Shown: positions 59,701 to 64,000 of the stretch, piece by piece
Layout of the letters: every line of letters starts with the position of its first letter
Position numbering within the stretch: position 1 is the stretch's first letter
NCBI GenBank assembly: GCA_004294265.1
Contig: REAG01000117.1
Coordinates: 540-64,539 of the forward strand
DNA: 64,000 bases
Reading direction: 5' to 3'
DNA from: Cytophagales bacterium
GTDB taxonomy: Bacteria > Bacteroidota > Bacteroidia > Cytophagales > UBA9547
Position numbers and translations under genes: made by a program
Notes under the pieces: generated by a model
Told to the model about the DNA's origin: nothing
Database searches by the model: none
Seen by the model: only the letters and a program-made list of their open reading frames with translations

Positions 59701-60445
59701 CATTAGCTTCGTCATCCTCGCTCGTATCTTTTGAGGATGGGTCGCTCATTTTTGAACCAGTGTTGATGGCAAGCAAAATTTCGTGTGGTCCTGCATTTTC
59801 TCGCTCCAAATAATGGCTGTCGTTGCTGGCAATAATTGGCACATTGTGTTTGCGAGCAAATTTTATCAAAACTTCGTTCACTATATCTTGATCTGCAATG
59901 CCATGGCGTTGCAATTCCACAAAATAATCATCACCAAAAAGATTAAGCCACCATAAAAATTCTTTTTCGGCTTCAGCTTCCGATTTTCGTAAGATTGTTT
60001 TGGGAACCATAGCTCCAATGCAACACGTAGTAGCGATTAATCCTTCATGATATTTTTCTATTAATTCTTTATCGATGCGAGGAAAAGAGCCGTATTTTCC
60101 TTCAATCCAGCCTAGTGAACATAGTTTTGAAAGATTTTTATAGCCTTCTTTATTTTTTGCTAGTAATAATTGATGATAACGAATGTCTTTTTCGGGCTTT
60201 GTAAATGATTTTTTGTGCCTGTCTGCCACCACATAAAATTCGCATCCCACAATAGGTTTTACACCCGCTTTTGCAGCCTCATTAACAAATTGAAAAGCTC
60301 CAAACATATTGCCATGATCTGTAATTGCAACGGCTTTCATGCCATCTGAGGCTGCTTTTTTCATCATATCACCGATATCAGTTGCTCCATCTAGCAACGA
60401 AAATTTGGTGTGGCAATGCAAGTGATTAAAAATCATAAGGCTCAA
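56774..60445 (-). CDS. dnaE: DNA polymerase III alpha subunit
   Basis: PHP domain HLHCHTKFSLLDG, GPGRGSAAGS and PDIDTDF, with a C-terminal OB fold. 1223 aa. The start could instead be the ATG at 60436. Confidence 0.97.
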   Translation of the reverse strand: MSLMIFNHLHCHTKFSLLDGATDIGDMMKKAASDGMKAVAITDHGNMFGAFQFVNEAAKAGVKPIVGCEFYVVADRHKKSFTKPEKDIRYHQLLLAKNKEGYKNLSKLCSLGWIEGKYGSFPRIDKELIEKYHEGLIATTCCIGAMVPKTILRKSEAEAEKEFLWWLNLFGDDYFVELQRHGIADQDIVNEVLIKFARKHNVPIIASNDSHYLERENAGPHEILLAINTGSKMSDPSSKDTSEDDEANATGKRRFAFSNDEFYFKTTEEMCETFHDLPEAIDNTNLVVDKVETLKLKTDILLPNFPVPSGFDGQWEYLKHITYEGAKKRYIDISQEAQERIDFELFIIKTMGFAGYFLIVADFIKEGRNMGVFVGPGRGSAAGSVVAYCIGITNIDPIKYNLLFERFLNPDRKSMPDIDTDFDDAGRQKVIDYVVEKYGKTQVAQIVTYGSMAAKSSIKDVSRVMDLPLDEANYLAKLIPDTAGISLGRIFHAPLNAQEGDKKKKEQFEKQSQGKNLTDEAKKELKGKLEKKYTSLSEKENLDSDELERIRQLREIYESDSIKGKILKDAEVLEGSVRSTGVHAAGIIIAPSDLTELMPMATAKDSNFLLTQYEGSIIEDAGVIKMDFLGLKTLTIIKNTLKLIKQNHGIDIIIDDIDLLDKATLETFQRGETNGIFQFESPGMQKHMKDLKPDRFEDIIAMNALYRPGPIAYIPNYINRKHGREAVVYDIDDMKEYLEETYGITVYQEQVMLLSQSLAGFTKGEADVLRKAMGKKQKDVLDKMKAKFIEGAVSKGHAKDKLEKVWTDWEAFAQYAFNKSHSTCYAFVAFQTAWLKTHYPSEYMAANLTNEKDNIDKVTFFMEECKRMGLKVLGPNVNESDSEFGVNAKGEILFGMGAIKGTGGAAIEAIIDERNNKGIFKNIFEFSERVNLRTVNKKTFEAFAQAGGFDCFEDVHRGMFFHKEPGEESTFIEKIIRHAGQVQELKNSNTNSLFGNMGNSVAISNPRLPVCETWGQIEKLRLEKEVVGFYISGHPLDEFKLEFDTFVNATLNNIDNFKDKEITVAGVVTSAQTRTGKNGQSFGIYKIEDYTGSQEFLLFKEDFLKLGYMMVLGQYLFLRCKVQPKWNVIDKYEIKPISVELLQEIRSKRTKKVTLEIPSESITSRLIDELEKAASQHKGNCELRLNITHNGSNLSMFSRKFTINPSNEFFKIMTESRLKYRLN

Positions 60446-60636
60446 AATTATCTAATTACAAATTAAACCTTATTAGATTCATAGTTTTAAACAAGTTATT
60501 CACAAATAGATGATTGTTTGAACCTTTGATTTTAAAAGGGTTAAAGGATTACTCAGTTTTTTTAAAGATAGCATCCTTCCACGCAGATTTAAAAAAAGGA
60601 TGGTATCATTAGATGGCTGATATCGGCTAAGGCAAC

Positions 60637-60671
60637 TAGACTTACCAAGTTTTAAAAACTTGGTAAGTCTA
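60637..60671. repeat. 35-bp perfect palindrome (16-bp arms, 3-nt centre)
   Basis: tagacttaccaagttt-taa-aaacttggtaagtcta, read directly. It lies in the divergent dnaE / araC-family intergenic region. Confidence 0.9.
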
Positions 60672-60963
60672 ACTCGCATCTTTGTTGAGGATAATCATGG
60701 TTCAAAATAAAATCATAATTCGAGTTTTCTACTGCAAAGATTCTAGAGACTTTGGTCTAAAAACCTTGCATTTGAAGTATTTGTAAATTATAAAAATATC
60801 CATTATCTTTAAGAATTAAAAATTTTAGTTTTTCTACAGACCCTACATAAACAAAATATGAATTAAATTTTGGAATAATCACTATATTTAAAGAGGATGC
60901 AATAAAGCCATAATAAACTTACATAAACTTTTTTATTGCATTTTCATTTTTTTCATTTAGTTT

Positions 60964-62049
60964 GTGATTGATATTAAAAAAATCGAAATTTTTATGATAT
61001 TACAATCAATAGAAAGATGGTTTCTTGACTTCCGAAAGTATTTTTACTACTATCGTGATGGTTTTTTTGAAATCCCGTTTGTAGGAAATACTCCCGAAAC
61101 AACAATAGCAAGTGCGATTCGATTGCCGTTTAAAAAATACGATGCCAAACAACAAAAAATAACGACCGACAATCCTTTTATAAAAGGCGAAATGCACTTT
61201 GAATACTTAGAGCCAGGTTTTGCCATTACTTTTTTGGATATGGAATTTAGAGCCAACTGCAATTTCAAATCTATTTATGATAAATATCTGCCTATTGATC
61301 ACTATTTATTGATTTTTCAAGTGAATAACAATGATTTTCCGATGATAACTTCCTATCTTAATGGAAACAAATACACGCTCAAAACTTGGGAATTTTACAA
61401 GCCAGGGTTTAAACACGCCTATATTTTTAAGGGTACGCATGGTTTATATTTTAATATTTATATGAGCGAAGCATGGTTGAAAAATAAAATTGATAATTCA
61501 GAGGAATTTAAAATCCTACTGAATTTTTTAAAATCCGATTCTAACTATATTACATTTCCAGAAAAAGCTGCAATAGAATTGCTTTATACACCTATTGTTG
61601 AAACTATTAAATCAAAAGGAGAACAAGGAGTAAGTAACCCTGAGTTGCTAAAAAAACTAACATACGACTGTGTTATAAGTTTTCTGTCAAAAATCAGACA
61701 AGAAGATATTTACAATCCCGAACTGGAAATAAACGATGCAGAGCGAAAAAAAACAAAAGATGTAGAGCGGAAATTGGTCGAAAATTTGTTTACAGCCTTT
61801 CCTGGAATCGAGAATTTGGCACAAGAAGTAGGAATGTCCGAAACAAAACTAAAAGCAAGTTTTAAAACCATGTTTGGCAATACTTTATTGCAATATTTTA
61901 AAGAAAGACAATTAGAATTAGCCAAATTTTTGTTAGAAACCGAAAAAGTAAAAATCAATGAACTTGCCTTACGCTTTGGTTACGAAAGTGCAGGGAAATT
62001 TTCTAATGCCTTTAAAAACCAGTTTGGCGTGTTGCCTTCGGAGGTGTGA
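60964..62049 (+). CDS. AraC-family transcriptional regulator
   Basis: C-terminal double HTH: LAQEVGMSETKLKASFKTMFG.TLLQYFKERQLELAKFLL...INELALRFGYESAGKFSNAFKNQFGVLPSEV. The N-terminal domain is unassigned. GTG start per the track, with an alternative ATG at 60994. Confidence 0.8.
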   Translation: MIDIKKIEIFMILQSIERWFLDFRKYFYYYRDGFFEIPFVGNTPETTIASAIRLPFKKYDAKQQKITTDNPFIKGEMHFEYLEPGFAITFLDMEFRANCNFKSIYDKYLPIDHYLLIFQVNNNDFPMITSYLNGNKYTLKTWEFYKPGFKHAYIFKGTHGLYFNIYMSEAWLKNKIDNSEEFKILLNFLKSDSNYITFPEKAAIELLYTPIVETIKSKGEQGVSNPELLKKLTYDCVISFLSKIRQEDIYNPELEINDAERKKTKDVERKLVENLFTAFPGIENLAQEVGMSETKLKASFKTMFGNTLLQYFKERQLELAKFLLETEKVKINELALRFGYESAGKFSNAFKNQFGVLPSEV

Positions 62050-62185
62050 TTTATTGAAACTATTTTTTATAGAAAAGAAATTTATTTGTATTTTTACAAT
62101 AAATAGTAAAAGAATGTAAGCCATACACATAAAAGTATTTATAGCCATTCGTTGTGGGTATTCGTTCATAAAATTTGCCACTTTA

Positions 62186-62304
62186 GGGAACTTCTAAAAA
62201 CTCTAATATTGTTTTCAAAAACCCCACCCAAACCAATTTCTGCTACTAAACCGCAGAATCCAAGTAGGAGGGATTTATCGGAATTGAGGTTTTTACGAGT
62301 TCCC
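62186..62304 (+). repeat. MITE-like GC-box element, 119-bp reference copy
   Basis: 16-bp imperfect terminal inverted repeats, gggaacttctaaaaac and (reverse complement) gggaactcgtaaaaac. Internal GC boxes ccccaccc and ggaggg flank the hairpin ttctgc-tactaaacc-gcagaa. Confidence 0.85.
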
Positions 62305-63174
62305 TATTATGTTTAACAATTTTATCTTTTTATTTACTTTTGTTTTTGAATAAATAATAGTCATGATAACAAATTCAAAATTTTCTATTCTTAAAATCGA
62401 AATATCTTCGTAAGATTTGTGTGTTTTAGCATTATAAATTAAATTACCTGATAGGTTATGAATAAAAATTTCTACTTGTTCGTTTAACACATTATCAAAA
62501 TTAAGTTCTCCATTTTTTATAAAAATCTCAGTTTTATTTAGTTCTAACTTCTCTAAACTACTTGGGTTTTGAAATCGTATTTCATAAGCCAAATTTGAAC
62601 CCTAACAACCTACTGAATCTGTTATATAAGCATTGATTTGAAGACTTTCTCCAGAAGACGTTAGGGTTTGTTTATAAAAAGCAGGGTTTGAAAACGGCTT
62701 TTTTATTCCTTCCGATGGCTCCCATTTAAGAAATGCAAGAGGTGCTATTCCGCCAACAATCGGTATAGACTTTAATTCCATACTGTCACCAGGCGATAAA
62801 TATCTAGTAAAAAAAGCCGTTGTATATGCAAATTGAGAAACTCTAATATTTATACTATCTTTATAAATATTACTATTTTGAGAAACTGTTAAAACAAACT
62901 TTAGCCATTCATTTGATGGTAAATTTGAAACAATAGGGCTTGCTACAGTCGTATTGCTTAGGAAATTTGATGCCGTATAGGTGCGATTTCCTAGTATATA
63001 TTTGCAAGACCAATTGTAAGACACATTTAAAGAACCACCCGTAATGGTTAATTTATTTCCTATTTGTGGATTAATTAAATTACTGCAAAAGGTAGTGTCT
63101 TTACCTAAATTAATTTGACCAAACCCAATTTTTGACATCATGACAAGGATTAGTATTATTGTTAATTTTTTCAT
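62293..63174 (-). pseudogene. T9SS-secreted protein gene interrupted by a single in-frame TAG
   Basis: ORFs 62602..63174 (signal peptide MKKLTIILILVMMSKIGFGQ) and 62293..62592 (T9SS C-terminal-domain-like FQNPSS...VEIFIHNLSGNLIYNAK...) are in the same frame. Only one TAG separates them (62602-62604): ...DSVGC*GSNLAYEIRF.... Confidence 0.55.
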
Positions 63175-64000
63175 AGTAATATAATTTTAAAGGTTTTAGA
63201 ATTATTTTTAATTTTTAAGTAATAAATGCCAATACTGTAATCTTTAAGACATACTTCAAAAGCGTTAGATGATTGATTCTGAATAGAAAACATAACTTTA
63301 TTTCCTATCGAATTGTAAATTTCAATTGGTAAGTTATTAGAAGTAATGCCACTAATTTTAATGCAATTATCAAGATTTGGATTAGTAACAATTATTTCAG
63401 AATCTGCTTTTATGTTCGTATTTAAACCTGTAAATGTTGGCAGTTGAAAATAATCACAATCTTCATTTTGAACTTTTATAGATGTAAAAGCATCTGAATA
63501 ACAATTAAAACTTTCGGTATCGCAAACATCAACAACAACAGCTTGGTAAGCAAATTTAGCATTAAACCCATGTTCACTTCCTAAATTATAGTAATATAAA
63601 ATTGTTCTGGAATCTGTCATAAAAAAATAACCATCATCTAACATTTCTAATTTACACCACTTTGTTTTTTTTCCATTATATGAAACCGAACCAGTATCAA
63701 TTATTTTTACATTTCGGTTTTCGGTTGCCACGCTACTCAAATTTATGTTGCAAGTAGTGTTTTTTGTCCAAAGTGTATCATAAAATGTAACCCATCTAGT
63801 TTCAGAATTACTAAACTTAAATTCTCGCTTGCTACCATTTGTACGTATCAAAACACCTAAAGTAGTAAAATTTTGCATTAATATGTTACCTAAAAACGGA
63901 GTGCTCAAACTGCCGGGTGTAGAAATTAATTTAAGTTTTTTGGATTTAAACCCGTCAATTAAAGTGTCTTTAATAACAAAATATTCATTAAAACCATAAC
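63171..64000 (-). CDS. T9SS-secreted protein (partial; 5' end beyond the window)
   Basis: The C-terminal sorting-domain pattern LPIEIYNSIGNKVMFSIQNQSSNAFEVCLKDYSIGIYYLKIKNNSKTFKIILL resembles Por_Secre_tail. My translation shows the frame stays open upstream of the track start (63908) to the window edge. It overlaps the next gene by 4 nt (ATGA). Confidence 0.6.
   Translation of the reverse strand, partial: YGFNEYFVIKDTLIDGFKSKKLKLISTPGSLSTPFLGNILMQNFTTLGVLIRTNGSKREFKFSNSETRWVTFYDTLWTKNTTCNINLSSVATENRNVKIIDTGSVSYNGKKTKWCKLEMLDDGYFFMTDSRTILYYYNLGSEHGFNAKFAYQAVVVDVCDTESFNCYSDAFTSIKVQNEDCDYFQLPTFTGLNTNIKADSEIIVTNPNLDNCIKISGITSNNLPIEIYNSIGNKVMFSIQNQSSNAFEVCLKDYSIGIYYLKIKNNSKTFKIILL

Overview
Low-GC (about 30% by eye) Bacteroidota, Flavobacteriia-like chromosomal segment, mostly core genes. 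A minus-strand respiratory operon runs from about 20.8 kb down to 9.5 kb: Alternative Complex III actABCDEF, then cytochrome c oxidase subunits II and I. A T9SS/gliding cluster (porP/sprF-gldK-gldL-gldM-gldN) sits at 23.2-29.0 kb. Other core genes include groES/groEL, htpG, dnaE, recJ, rnhA, msrA, tsaE and one tRNA-Pro(GGG). Accessory content is at the edges. The left 6.3 kb holds a truncated XRE-HTH remnant, an intact 1153-aa single-chain Type IIG restriction-modification gene, an unknown 204-aa protein and a YhcG/DUF1016 PD-(D/E)XK nuclease. The nuclease is flanked by a ~177-bp duplication of the recJ promoter and 5' end. Two tandem ParE-type toxin-antitoxin pairs lie next to groES. An AraC regulator with T9SS-cargo genes, one split by an in-frame TAG, lies at the right edge. 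The most unusual signal is a GC-rich repeat family. Four intergenic MITE-like copies of about 95-229 bp sit at gene 3' ends. Five short GC-rich palindromic segments sit in frame inside the Type IIG gene, and at least two of them share a ~30-nt module with the intergenic element. No rRNA, CRISPR array, transposase or integrase was seen.
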